The notes under the pieces were generated by a model that was given only the letters and a program-made list of their open reading frames with translations, had not been told where the DNA came from and made no database searches. A stretch of DNA of 64,000 nucleotides from an uncultured Gemmatimonadales bacterium (GTDB lineage Bacteria; Gemmatimonadota; Gemmatimonadetes; Gemmatimonadales; GWC2-71-9): the NCBI GenBank assembly GCA_963722825.1, contig CAVROI010000003.1:983764-1047763 (forward strand), written 5' to 3'. A program made the translations under genes and the position numbers. Shown here one piece after another: positions 29,020-37,960 of the stretch (position 1 is the first letter of the stretch; each line of letters opens with the position of its first letter).

Positions 29020-30726
29020 TCACCGTACGGAGACTGCGCTCACGGCGGTCGAATCCCCGAACATCAGCCATTCGATGACCGACACCGGCAGGCTCCCGTA
29101 GCTGATGAGTTTGTCGTGGAACCCACCCAGCCGAAACGCCGCGCCCTCCTGGTCGCGGTAGCGCCCCAGCAGCCGCATGATCTGCCACTTCCCGACCATG
29201 TAGCCGATCTTCTGCGACGGCGAGGCCGCCGCGCCGGCCGCCTCGCCTTCGGCCGCCTCGCGGTCGAGCCCGCCGGCCTCCATGAAGTACCTGACCGCCT
29301 GCTCGAAGGTCCAGCGGCCGGTCTGCAGGTTGACGTCCACCCCGATGCGCGCCGCGCGATACCGGCTCAGCCGCAGCACCTGTCCCTGGGACGGGGACTG
29401 ATCGGGATAGAGCCCTTCCCGCATCATCATCTCCTCGCCGTACAGCGCCCATCCTTCGACGAAGGTGTTGTCGCCGTGCTGACGGCGGATCTCGTCCGAG
29501 AGATGGTTGGCGATCGAGAGCTGCAGGAAATGCCCGGGGATGCCCTCGTGGCCCAGGATCGGACGGGGATCCTCGATGGCGGCGCGAATGTAGAAGTTGC
29601 CGCTCTTCGGGTTGTAGATCGGGATGAAGTAGAGGCCGTTGGGATCGCGGTCGTAGATGCCCGGCGGGTTCATGAAGCCGCCGGGGCTGGTCGGCTTGAA
29701 GGCCTGGGGAAGCTGCCGGATGAAGAACTTGCCCATGTAGGGCGGAATGGTGACCAGGTGGTTGGCGCGGAGGAACCGGACGATCTCGTCGAGCCGGGCC
29801 TCGTAGGCCGACAGGAATTCGGCCTGATCGGCGGGGACGTGCTTGCTGCGCGCCGGGTCGGGCGAGGCGAAGCTCGGGTCCTCGAGCATCGCCTCGAGGC
29901 CGCGATAGCGGGCCAGCTCGACCTCGCCGAGCATGGCGATCTGCTTCGCATCATAGGGCAGGAGCAGCACGTGCTTCAGCAGGTAGTTGTAGCGGGCCTC
30001 GCCCATCGGCTTCCAGTCGGGCATGGTGCCCTGCCGCCGGTCGAGCCAGTCGGCAAAGCCGTGGATGGCGGCGAGCGCGCCGTCCCGGGCCTTGATGAGC
30101 CGGGCGCGCTCGGGCTCGGACAGGCTGTCGGCCAGTGTCATGAGGCTGGCGGTGTACAGGTCGTCGCCGCCACGGGCCGCGTCGATGGCGAGCCGGGCGA
30201 AGAGCCGCACCGGCTGGGTGAGATTGGCCCGGGCGAGGGTGAGCATGGCCGGGACCTTCTCCAGCCGGGCGGCCGCGGCGAGGGCGCGGTCGCGATGGGG
30301 TGCGTAGTCCTTCTTGAGGAGGCTGAAGACCCCGTTGGCGGCCTCGTTGAGGTAGATCTGGGGATCGGACTCTTCGGGCCGGAGCGAGCGGCCGAAGAAG
30401 TCGGCGCCCTCGAGCTGGGCGCGGAAGAGCAGCCAGTCCACCCGGTCGTCCCTGGACCAGCTGGAGGTCGGCATGGCCTTCACCCGCTCCAGCAGGGCGG
30501 CCACGTGGAGCCGGGCCGCCAGCAGCCGCTCCATGCGGAAGTCCGCGAGGCGGTCGTCCCAGCGGTGCTGGCCGGCGTCGCTGGTGGCGACCGGGTGGAT
30601 CGAGTCGCGCCACGCATAGTAGGCGTGCGCCTCGGTCCGGAGCGCGGCGGGGGTCTGGGCGAGAGCGGGAGCCGCCAGGAGCCCGGCGGCGAGACCGCTC
30701 AGGCCGATCGCGAAGAGCCGGGCCAT
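29020..30726 (-). CDS. DUF885-family protein (secreted, metallopeptidase-like)
   Basis: GGAGG RBS and ATG 30726. Signal LAAGLLAAPALAQ. HEGIPGHFLQ and EGWALYGEEMM motifs. Confidence 0.85.
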   Translation of the reverse strand: MARLFAIGLSGLAAGLLAAPALAQTPAALRTEAHAYYAWRDSIHPVATSDAGQHRWDDRLADFRMERLLAARLHVAALLERVKAMPTSSWSRDDRVDWLLFRAQLEGADFFGRSLRPEESDPQIYLNEAANGVFSLLKKDYAPHRDRALAAAARLEKVPAMLTLARANLTQPVRLFARLAIDAARGGDDLYTASLMTLADSLSEPERARLIKARDGALAAIHGFADWLDRRQGTMPDWKPMGEARYNYLLKHVLLLPYDAKQIAMLGEVELARYRGLEAMLEDPSFASPDPARSKHVPADQAEFLSAYEARLDEIVRFLRANHLVTIPPYMGKFFIRQLPQAFKPTSPGGFMNPPGIYDRDPNGLYFIPIYNPKSGNFYIRAAIEDPRPILGHEGIPGHFLQLSIANHLSDEIRRQHGDNTFVEGWALYGEEMMMREGLYPDQSPSQGQVLRLSRYRAARIGVDVNLQTGRWTFEQAVRYFMEAGGLDREAAEGEAAGAAASPSQKIGYMVGKWQIMRLLGRYRDQEGAAFRLGGFHDKLISYGSLPVSVIEWLMFGDSTAVSAVSVR

Positions 30727-30865
30727 TCGATCACCTCCGCTCGCCATCCTGATCCATGGAGTTCCGCGTTCGACTGAACTTCGCGCGGAGTCAGGTACCG
30801 CCAGCCTCGCACCAGCCGAGGCGACACAGGGTGATCAGCGTTACCGCCATTCCAAGCCCGCTGGC

Positions 30866-31339
30866 TTAGCTCACAATCTGCTCGGCGACAGCCTCTTTGA
30901 GGCCAGCTGCAGCTTGGGCGGCAAGACCGCGCGCCACCTCTTGTGAATCTTCAAACACATCCAGCGCATACACCGTCCCCCAGCGCATGCTGATCACGTG
31001 GAAGCCGCGGTTGAAGTAGGAATTGTCGCCGTTGGGCAGCGTTGCGGTGGCGTCCCACTGCACAAACACCGTGGTGTCCCATGGCCAGCCGGTCACCCAG
31101 ATCTGGTTGACCCTAAGATGGAGACTGGGTAGGACGCGACCCAGGCGTTCCAGCCAACGGCGCATTGTTTCCTTGTCGTGACGCTCACCACCAATTGAGT
31201 GGGAGCCGCCGAAGCGATGATGGACGTTCGGCGCCACTGGTTTCAGGAGCTCATCCCAGCGATGGTGGTTGACGTGCTCGAAGCTCTGTCGGACCAATTT
31301 CTCGACGAAGTAGCTGTATACCATCATCCGTTCCCTCAT
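30866..31339 (-). CDS. SnoaL-like / NTF2-fold family protein
   Basis: 157 aa; composition and length fit the NTF2-like fold. Lower-G+C gene. Confidence 0.65.
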   Translation of the reverse strand: MRERMMVYSYFVEKLVRQSFEHVNHHRWDELLKPVAPNVHHRFGGSHSIGGERHDKETMRRWLERLGRVLPSLHLRVNQIWVTGWPWDTTVFVQWDATATLPNGDNSYFNRGFHVISMRWGTVYALDVFEDSQEVARGLAAQAAAGLKEAVAEQIVS

Positions 31340-31374
31340 TACATGGAACCTGCATGGTTCCAGATGTTACCGTC

Positions 31375-31403
31375 GGCCTAACCACCTGCGCATCGGCTGC
31401 AAG
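31375..31403. repeat. 29-nt motif, copy 2 (ggcctaaccacctgcgcatcggctgcaag)
   Basis: Lies 36 nt upstream of the SnoaL-like start on the minus strand. Confidence 0.7.
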
Positions 31404-31495
31404 TGCAATTGACGAGGAGGTTGTTCACTGAGCCATGGCGAGTGAAGCTGGGAGTGGCGAAACCACCAACCCACTCACCAGAGGGCTCAGGGAAC

Positions 31496-31570
31496 ATGCA
31501 TAAGCTAGCGCGGCTCACCCCCATGGGGCGACTCCGGATGGCCCGGCGGCTGGAGCCGGGAACCACTCGG
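31496..31570 (+). mobile_element. possible remnant of an IS481-type transposase N-terminus
   Basis: MHKLARLTPMGRLRMARRLE resembles the (H)KNARLTPxGRxxxVxR start I recall for IS481-family transposases. No further similarity downstream. Confidence 0.25.
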
Positions 31571-31639
31571 CGACGTTCGGTGAACAACGTCTTCATCAAT
31601 TACAGTCAGGGCGCAGCCAGCGCGGGTGCTTTGGTGTGC

Positions 31640-32047
31640 CTATCGCGAACTCGGATCCTCGGAATGACCCTTTGGCTCCGATCCGAACCGCAAGACATGG
31701 CCGTCCGGATCCACCAGCTGCATCTCGTAAGCCCAATAGTGATTGGTGGGGGTCTGCAGAAACTGGACCCCCTTCTCCCGGTATTCCGTGTATAGGGGAT
31801 CGATGTCCTCGACACCGACCCAGATCCAGGTGCCGGGCCGTCCTTGAGCTCCTTGGCACAGCATAATGGCGTGGCCATCGAGCGAGACCGACGCGATGTC
31901 GGACCCGTCCTGGCCTCCCCAGTCCAGGCCGAAGCCCAGGACCTGCACATAGTACCGAAGACTGGCCGCGAGGCTACTGACTCGCAGAATTGGCACGATG
32001 CACTCCACACCGATGGCGCCCGCGCCTTTCTGAACTCCATCGGGCAT
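31640..32047 (-). CDS. VOC-family (glyoxalase/bleomycin-resistance-like) protein
   Basis: 135 aa; IVPILRVSSLAASLRYYVQVLGF...DPDGHVLRFG pattern. Confidence 0.8.
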   Translation of the reverse strand: MPDGVQKGAGAIGVECIVPILRVSSLAASLRYYVQVLGFGLDWGGQDGSDIASVSLDGHAIMLCQGAQGRPGTWIWVGVEDIDPLYTEYREKGVQFLQTPTNHYWAYEMQLVDPDGHVLRFGSEPKGHSEDPSSR

Positions 32048-32064
32048 ACATACCCTCCGCTGTC

Positions 32065-32091
32065 GGCCTAACGTTGCGCATCAGCTGCAGG
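32065..32091. repeat. 29-nt motif family, copy 3 (ggcctaacgttgcgcatcagctgcagg)
   Basis: Lies 19 nt upstream of the VOC gene start on the minus strand. Has a 2-nt gap relative to the other copies. Confidence 0.7.
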
Positions 32092-32402
32092 CGATCATGG
32101 CTCCGCCCGCACTGTCCTTCGTTCCTTTGATGCTCACAGCCGCGCTTGGGATCCTAAACGCGTGCATGGGACGCCCCCGTGCTGCTCGCCGCATTGTAGA
32201 GCGAGGCAATGATGATTCCGCCGACTGCTCCATGAGATTGAGGCGCATGGAGCCTCCGAGACAGAAAATAGGTATCCTGCTTCGCTTTGCTGCAAGCCGG
32301 TGCTGCTCCGTATCCCACCGTGCACGGTGAAATCAGTCTCTTCGACCGTGCAGCCGGGACCTGAGACTGGGAACAGCTCGGCCCTGCGCGGCCACTGACA
32401 TC

Positions 32403-33887
32403 CTACTCCTCCTCCGGCCGTCCGAACATGAGCTGAATCAGCCCCCGGTCTTCCGGCTGCGCCACGATGTAGACGTGATCGCCGGGCTGGAGCACCGTGC
32501 TCCCCTTGGCCGGCAGCAACTGATCGCCCCGCACCACCAGCATCACCGATGAGCCCTCCGGAAAGTCCAGCTCCTCGAGCGGCACGCCGGCCACCACCAG
32601 CGCCTCGTCCACGTAGAACGAGAGCAGGTCGCCGCGGAGCTGCTGCCGCGACTCGATCGCCAGCACCGCCTGCGGCGCCGGCGTCTGCGCCGCCTGCAGC
32701 CCCAGTCGCCGGGTCACCCACGACACCGTCGCCCCCGGCACCAGCGCGTTGGCCACCACGATGAAGAACACGAGATGAAAGAGCCGCTCGGCGCCGGGCG
32801 CCGCGAGCAGCACCGGGAACGTCGCCAGCACCACCGGCACCGCGCCGCGGAGCCCCACCCACCCGATGTAGAGCGACTCCCGCCATCCATAGCGAAAGGG
32901 CGCGAGACACGCCGCCGCCACCAGCGGGCGCACCACCACCGCCAGCAGCAGCGCCAGCCCCACGCCCGGCGCCGCCACCGCCGCCAGCCTCGACGGGAAC
33001 ACCAGCAGCCCCAGCACCAGGAACATCCCGATCTGCGCCAGCCAGGCCAGCGCGTCGTGCACCCGGAGCAGCGCGGGCCGGTAGGGCAGCGGGCCGTTGC
33101 CGAGCACGAGACCGGCCAGGTACACCGACAGAAAACCGCTCCCATGAATGAGCGTGGCGACGCCGAATGCCAGCAGCGCCAGCGCCAGCGTGAACGCCGG
33201 ATAGAGCCCGCCGCTCACCAGCCGGAGCCGGCCGAGCAGGTGCCGGCCGGCCATCCCGATGGCCCACCCGGCCGCGGCGCCGAGCGCCAGTTGGAGCAGC
33301 ACGTCGGCGCCGACGCGCCACCCCTGCATGACCCCCGGATGGAGCAGGTTGTACGAGAGCGCGGTGGTGAGAATGACGGCGACCGGGTCGTTGAGCCCCG
33401 ACTCCACCTCGAGCGTCACGCCCACCCGCCGCTTGAGGGAGAGGCCGCTTCCGCGCAGCACCGCGAAGACCGACGCGGCATCGGTGGACGAGACCACGGC
33501 GCCCAGCAGCAGCGCCTCGGGCCAGGAGAGCCCCCACAGTCGCGCCAGCGCCGCCATCAGCGCGCCGGTGAGCGCCACGCCCACCGTCGCCAGCAGCCCC
33601 GCCGGCGCCCACGCGCTCCGCACCTCCCTGAGCGGGGTGTTGAGCCCGCCGTCGAACAGGATGAGCGACAGCGCCAGCGAGCCCAGCCGGAAGGCCAGGC
33701 CGTAATCGTCGAACGCGATCCGGCCGATGCCCTCGCCCCCCGCCAGCATCCCCACGAGCAGGAACAGCAGCGCGATGGGCACGCCGATCCGCTGCGAGGC
33801 GCGGCTCAGGAGCACGCTCGCGCCGAGGAGGAGACCGCAGGTGGCGAGGAGGAGGGCGGTGGCCGCGGGTTCGGAGGACGGCGTCAT
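32403..33887 (-). CDS. K+/H+ (cation:proton) antiporter, NhaP2/CvrA-like with C-terminal TrkA-C domain
   Basis: About 12 TM helices, ESGLNDP motif, C-terminal RCK_C-like VLQPGDHVYIVAQPED. ATG 33887 preferred. Confidence 0.85.
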   Translation of the reverse strand: MTPSSEPAATALLLATCGLLLGASVLLSRASQRIGVPIALLFLLVGMLAGGEGIGRIAFDDYGLAFRLGSLALSLILFDGGLNTPLREVRSAWAPAGLLATVGVALTGALMAALARLWGLSWPEALLLGAVVSSTDAASVFAVLRGSGLSLKRRVGVTLEVESGLNDPVAVILTTALSYNLLHPGVMQGWRVGADVLLQLALGAAAGWAIGMAGRHLLGRLRLVSGGLYPAFTLALALLAFGVATLIHGSGFLSVYLAGLVLGNGPLPYRPALLRVHDALAWLAQIGMFLVLGLLVFPSRLAAVAAPGVGLALLLAVVVRPLVAAACLAPFRYGWRESLYIGWVGLRGAVPVVLATFPVLLAAPGAERLFHLVFFIVVANALVPGATVSWVTRRLGLQAAQTPAPQAVLAIESRQQLRGDLLSFYVDEALVVAGVPLEELDFPEGSSVMLVVRGDQLLPAKGSTVLQPGDHVYIVAQPEDRGLIQLMFGRPEEE

Positions 33888-33946
33888 CCGACCCAGGTTA
33901 CTCGCCCGCTGGCGGACCACGCCAGTACCGGCACATACTTCGGCCG

Positions 33947-35458
33947 ATGACGCTCGACTCGCTGGCCGCCACGCTGGCCCTGATCGGGATCGTGATCCTG
34001 ATTTCCTCGCTCCTCTCCGGAGCGGTGGAGCGCACCGGCCTCCCCCAGGTGGCCATCTTCCTGCTCGTCGGCGCCGCGCTCGGACCCTCCGGTCTGGGCC
34101 TCGTCAATTTGACGCTCGACTCCCCGGCCCTCGAAGTGATCGCGACGCTGGGCCTCGTGCTCGTGCTGTTCAGCGACGCCATCGGTGTGGACGTGGGCGA
34201 GGTGCGGCTCCAGCACCGTCTCGCCCTCGCGATCCTCGGCCCGGGGACGCTGCTGCCCGCGGCCCTCATCGCCGCCGCCGCCTACTACCTCCTCGACCTC
34301 TCCCTCCCGGCCGCCGCCATCCTCGGCGCCGCGCTCGCCTCCACCGACCCGGTGCTGCTCCGGACCCTGGTGCGGAACCCGTCGCTGCCGACGCCGGCGC
34401 GCGTGGGGCTCCGGCTCGAGAGCGGGATGAACGACGTCATCCTCCTCCCCATCGTCGTGCTCAGCATGCTCGCGCTCGGCAGCGGCACGCCGGAGGGCGG
34501 GACCCGGCTCGGCCGCCACCTCGTCGGCCTCTTCGTGCTGGGGCCTGCGCTCGGCATCGGCGCGGGCTACATCGCCATCATGCTGCTCGACCAGGTGCGG
34601 AAGAAGGCCGGCGTGCGGCGGGACTACGAATCGCTCTACGCCCTGGGCGTCGCCTTCACCGCCTACGCCGCCGCCGAGGCGGTGGGCGGGAGCGGCTTCC
34701 TGGCCGCATTCGCCGCCGGCCTCACCGTGGCCGCGCTCGACGTGGAGCTGTGCGACTGCTTCCTCGACTACGGCGAGGCGTCGGCCGAGATGTTCCTTCT
34801 CCTCACGTTCGTCGCGTTCGGCGGGTCGCTCATCTGGACCGGCGTGCAGGTCGCGGGCGCCGGCACGCTCCTCTTTGCCGCCATCGCCCTGGTCGTGCGC
34901 ACGCTGGTGCTGCTGCCGGTGCTCTCGGTCGCGGGCGTTCACGGGAAAGACCGCTGGATCATCGCCCTCTTCGGGCCGCGCGGCCTCTCGTCGCTGCTGC
35001 TGGTGCTCCTCCCGGTCTTCGCCGGCATCACCGGGAGCCGGGAGCTGTTCGCCATCACTTGCCTCGTGGTGCTCCTCTCGGTGGTGCTGCACGGAGGAGG
35101 AATCGCGCTGTACCTGCGGCATACGAGGAGAGCCGCGAGCCCCGGGTCAGTTGTCAGCGGGCAGCCGTCAGCTACCCCGCCACCCGCGCCGTTTCAGGCC
35201 CGCGAAGGGCGCGGGGCGACGGCCGAAGCGATCGACACGGGGAAGCCGATCGCCGAGAAGATCACGCTGGACGAGGTGCGGGCGCTCATGGAGGCGGGTG
35301 TGCCGCTCGCGCTGGTCGACGTCCGGACCGAGCGCAGCTATCGCGACGACGATCTCCAGGCCAAAGGCGCCATCCGGCTCCCGCCCGACGACGCGGTGCG
35401 CCTCGCGCGGGAGCGGCGGCTCTCCCAGCACGCGACGCTGGTGCTCTACTGTGCGTGA
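33947..35458 (+). CDS. CPA1-type Na+/H+ exchanger fused to a rhodanese domain; annotated stop is an in-frame TGA inside the rhodanese active-site loop
   Basis: TM core with ESGMNDV motif. C-terminal ITLDEVRALMEAGVPLALVDVRTERSY...ATLVLYCA then TGA at 35456-35458. Confidence 0.85.
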   Translation: MTLDSLAATLALIGIVILISSLLSGAVERTGLPQVAIFLLVGAALGPSGLGLVNLTLDSPALEVIATLGLVLVLFSDAIGVDVGEVRLQHRLALAILGPGTLLPAALIAAAAYYLLDLSLPAAAILGAALASTDPVLLRTLVRNPSLPTPARVGLRLESGMNDVILLPIVVLSMLALGSGTPEGGTRLGRHLVGLFVLGPALGIGAGYIAIMLLDQVRKKAGVRRDYESLYALGVAFTAYAAAEAVGGSGFLAAFAAGLTVAALDVELCDCFLDYGEASAEMFLLLTFVAFGGSLIWTGVQVAGAGTLLFAAIALVVRTLVLLPVLSVAGVHGKDRWIIALFGPRGLSSLLLVLLPVFAGITGSRELFAITCLVVLLSVVLHGGGIALYLRHTRRAASPGSVVSGQPSATPPPAPFQAREGRGATAEAIDTGKPIAEKITLDEVRALMEAGVPLALVDVRTERSYRDDDLQAKGAIRLPPDDAVRLARERRLSQHATLVLYCA

Positions 35459-35602
35459 AAGGATGAAGCCACAAGCACCCGTGTGGTGCGAGAGCTCAGG
35501 AAGGCGGGATGGAAGCGGGCGCAGGCGCTCGTCGGCGGATGGGCGGCGTGGAAGGAGCAGGGGATGCCGGTCGAGAAGAAACCGCCCGCAGCCCAAGGGT
35601 AA
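35459..35602 (+). other. in-frame continuation of the rhodanese domain after the TGA
   Basis: Same frame reads KDEATSTRVVRELRKAGWKRAQALVGGWAAWKEQGMPVEKK...TAA at 35600-35602, i.e. the expected C-terminal third of a rhodanese fold. Confidence 0.6.
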
Positions 35603-35605
35603 AGG

Positions 35606-35734
35606 CTAAAGACCCTGCGCTGGACGCCGGCTCTGCTCCTGGTCCGGTACTCGCTTCGGCAGCGCTCCGCTCTCGAGCGCGATCGCCATCATCTGCTCCA
35701 GCCAGTCTACTCGCTGATCCACGGTCATTGCCAT
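35606..35734 (-). CDS. possible 42-aa ORF downstream of the nucleotidyltransferase gene
   Basis: ATG 35734, 20 nt after the upstream stop. MAMTVDQRVDWLEQMMAIALESGALPKRV... Below the ORF-track threshold; no homology recognised. Confidence 0.2.
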   Translation of the reverse strand: MAMTVDQRVDWLEQMMAIALESGALPKRVPDQEQSRRPAQGL

Positions 35735-35753
35735 CGTGACCCGCAGCAGGGCC

Positions 35754-36296
35754 TCACGCTCCGGGCTCATTCATTCCCGCCTTTCCGCGTAGTCGTTCGA
35801 TCTCGATGAGGGCTTCGACGTCCGTAAGATCTTCCGGGCGCCCGGCGATTCGCTTCAGCGTAATGAGATCATTGACGGAGGCGACCCGCACCGGGACGCC
35901 GCGCAGGCTGGTGAGCGTGGAGCGTGCCCAGAGCTCGTCGAATGGGAGAGGGTGCTCCAGAAACAGGTCGACCATGGGCACTCCGATCTCCGGCCGGAGC
36001 GAGAAGACGAGCATCGCTTTGTCCCGCACCCATGCTGCCCTCTTCTCCGGACTGGCGAAGTCGCGGGCGGGCACCGGCGCGTAAGGCCGGAAACCAGCTC
36101 CCTCCAGCGCAGCGAGCGTCTTCTCCACCTCACCTTTCGCCAGGTCGACAATGAGATCCACATCGCCGGTTGCGCGGAGGTGGCCATGCAACACCACCGC
36201 GAGACCGCCCACCACGACGTAGCGGGCTCCTCGGTCGTTCAGAGCTCTGAAGACGGTCTCGAGAGGAATCACCGAAGTCAATATACCTGCGTTCAT
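35754..36296 (-). CDS. nucleotidyltransferase-fold protein (MNT/AbiEii-like)
   Basis: YVVVGGLAVVLHGHLRATGDVDLIV matches the GG..A....G..R.T.D.D pattern of minimal nucleotidyltransferases. ATG 36296 preferred. Confidence 0.55.
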   Translation of the reverse strand: MNAGILTSVIPLETVFRALNDRGARYVVVGGLAVVLHGHLRATGDVDLIVDLAKGEVEKTLAALEGAGFRPYAPVPARDFASPEKRAAWVRDKAMLVFSLRPEIGVPMVDLFLEHPLPFDELWARSTLTSLRGVPVRVASVNDLITLKRIAGRPEDLTDVEALIEIERLRGKAGMNEPGA

Positions 36297-36315
36297 AACG
36301 ATGCAGCGGCGCGGG

Positions 36316-37209
36316 CTAGGAAATCTGCTGGGCGAGCACCTTGGCGGTGAACCGCGCGATAGCCTCACCCACCTCGTCGGGAGACTCCTCTTGCAAGAAG
36401 TGCGATCCCTTCACCGTGACCACCTTCTGATTGGGCCATGCTCGGCAGAAATCCCGCTGCGCCCCGATCAGAAACCCCGCCGGCTCCGCGTCGATGAATA
36501 GTTTCGGTATCGGGCTGCTGCTGAGCCAGCGTGCGTACGACTCGACGATTCGCGTGACGTCGTCGGGCTGTCCTTCGATCGGGAGCTCTCGTGTCCATGT
36601 GAGCATGGGTTGTCGCGAGGGACCGGGATTTCTGTAGTGACGGCGATACACCTCCATCGCCTCCTTGGAGATGTTCCGGAGCGGCAGAAGATATTCGATG
36701 AACAGATTCTGTCGAAGGATCAGGTCTTCTCCGGCCGGCGTGCGCTGCTCCTGGAAGAAGGCTCGGGTCGCCTCCGGCCACTCATCCCAGGAACGAAACG
36801 GCCGGACGATGCTTTCCATGTATACGATCGCCTTGATCCGTTCGGGATGCCGCTGAGCCCAATTGAAGCCAAGCGCCGATCCCCAGTCGTGGAGGACGAA
36901 GATGATGTTCCTGGTCAAACCCATCGCGTCGAACCAGGCATCCAGATAGCGCTGATGATCGACGAACCGGTAGGAGCCGTCAGGCGCGGCCCCCGAGTTG
37001 CCCATTCCGACGTAGTCCGGGGCGAGGCATCGCCCGAACGGAAGGGCGTATGGGATGATGTTCCGCCATAGATAGGAGGGTGTGGGATTGCCGTGCAGGA
37101 AGACGATCGGGTCTCCCTCCCCGACGTCGACGTAGGCCATGTTCGTATCGAGCACCGCGATGCGCTTTCGATAGGAAGCATCTTCGGTCGAAATTTCAGG
37201 GTGCGACAT
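36316..37209 (-). CDS. haloalkane dehalogenase (alpha/beta hydrolase)
   Basis: DPIVFLHGNPTPSYLWRNIIP, VLHDWGSALGF (nucleophile Asp), typical length. ATG 37209 preferred. Confidence 0.85.
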   Translation of the reverse strand: MSHPEISTEDASYRKRIAVLDTNMAYVDVGEGDPIVFLHGNPTPSYLWRNIIPYALPFGRCLAPDYVGMGNSGAAPDGSYRFVDHQRYLDAWFDAMGLTRNIIFVLHDWGSALGFNWAQRHPERIKAIVYMESIVRPFRSWDEWPEATRAFFQEQRTPAGEDLILRQNLFIEYLLPLRNISKEAMEVYRRHYRNPGPSRQPMLTWTRELPIEGQPDDVTRIVESYARWLSSSPIPKLFIDAEPAGFLIGAQRDFCRAWPNQKVVTVKGSHFLQEESPDEVGEAIARFTAKVLAQQIS

Positions 37210-37461
37210 CTTAGAAATACCTCGGAAACGTGGTTGAACGAAAAATACCACGTCTCGTTCAATCGTCTCCTCGCATCACCGTGGCGGTCTCCGCCGCCGC
37301 ATTCTCCAGCCCTTCGAATCGCGCAGCAGGGGCGTATGATCCACTGACCCACGTGAGATCGCGGGGGCCCTGCGTGACAATGGTGCGATTCTGCCCGTCG
37401 GATCGGCCTAGACTGGGCGAGTGTCGCCGAGTTGCCAATCCCAGTTGCCGAGCCGAGCTTT

Positions 37462-37948
37462 ATGGGCATGCCCGAGACCGTCACGCCGGTCTACTGGACC
37501 GCAGAGATGGCGCGCCTCCTTCCGGAGGACGGGAACCGCTACGAGGTGGTGTACGGGGAGCTGCTGGTGACCCCGTCGCCTCGACTGTGGCATCAGCAGC
37601 TTGTCGGACGCCTGTACGTCGCCCTCGCGAAGTATCTCGAGGCATTCCCGCTAGGTGTGGTGCTGAGTTCGCCCGCTCGAGTGGACCGCGGTTCAAGACC
37701 TATTGCTGGTCGCGGAAGTGTTGAGTCCCTCGAACTCAAACAACGATCGCTTCATCAAGCGCCGACGCTACCAGGAGGCGCGGGTGCCGCTGTACTGGAT
37801 CGTCGACGGCGACGAGCGACAGGTCGAGGTCTGGACCCCGGATGATCTCTTCCCACGAATCGAGCGCGATCGTCTGACCTGGCGACCAGTGCGGGACATC
37901 GAGCCGTTCACACTCGATCTCGAGGAGCTGTTCCGACCTATCGAATAA
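37462..37948 (+). pseudogene. Uma2-family (DUF820) endonuclease, disrupted by frameshift/internal deletion near 37680-37705
   Basis: N-terminal half (NRYEVVYGELLVTPSPRLWHQ) is in ORF 37432..37845. C-terminal half (LLVAEVLSPSNSNNDRFIKRRRYQEARVPLYWIVD) is in ORF 37703..37948. Confidence 0.6.
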
Positions 37949-37960
37949 CGTTGGCCGTCG

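Noticed and set aside
29005-30777. 590-aa plus-strand ORF opposite the DUF885 gene
   Set aside because: It is a shadow ORF. The DUF885 motifs (HEGIPGHF, EGWALYGEE), signal peptide and RBS are on the minus strand.
31375-32091. GTTAGGC-ending motifs considered as integron attC sites delimiting SnoaL and VOC cassettes
   Set aside because: I could not find the required partner inverse core (RYYYAAC) and L'/L'' arms within 60-140 nt on the proper side. There is no intI gene or attI. The observation is kept as a repeat-family finding only.
32134-35466. Several 390-580-aa ORFs (32134..33612 -, 32775..33950 +, 33727..35466 +, 33884..35122 -) over the two antiporter genes
   Set aside because: All are Arg/Gly/Pro/His-rich alternative frames. 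The hydrophobic 12-TM translations identify the true frames.
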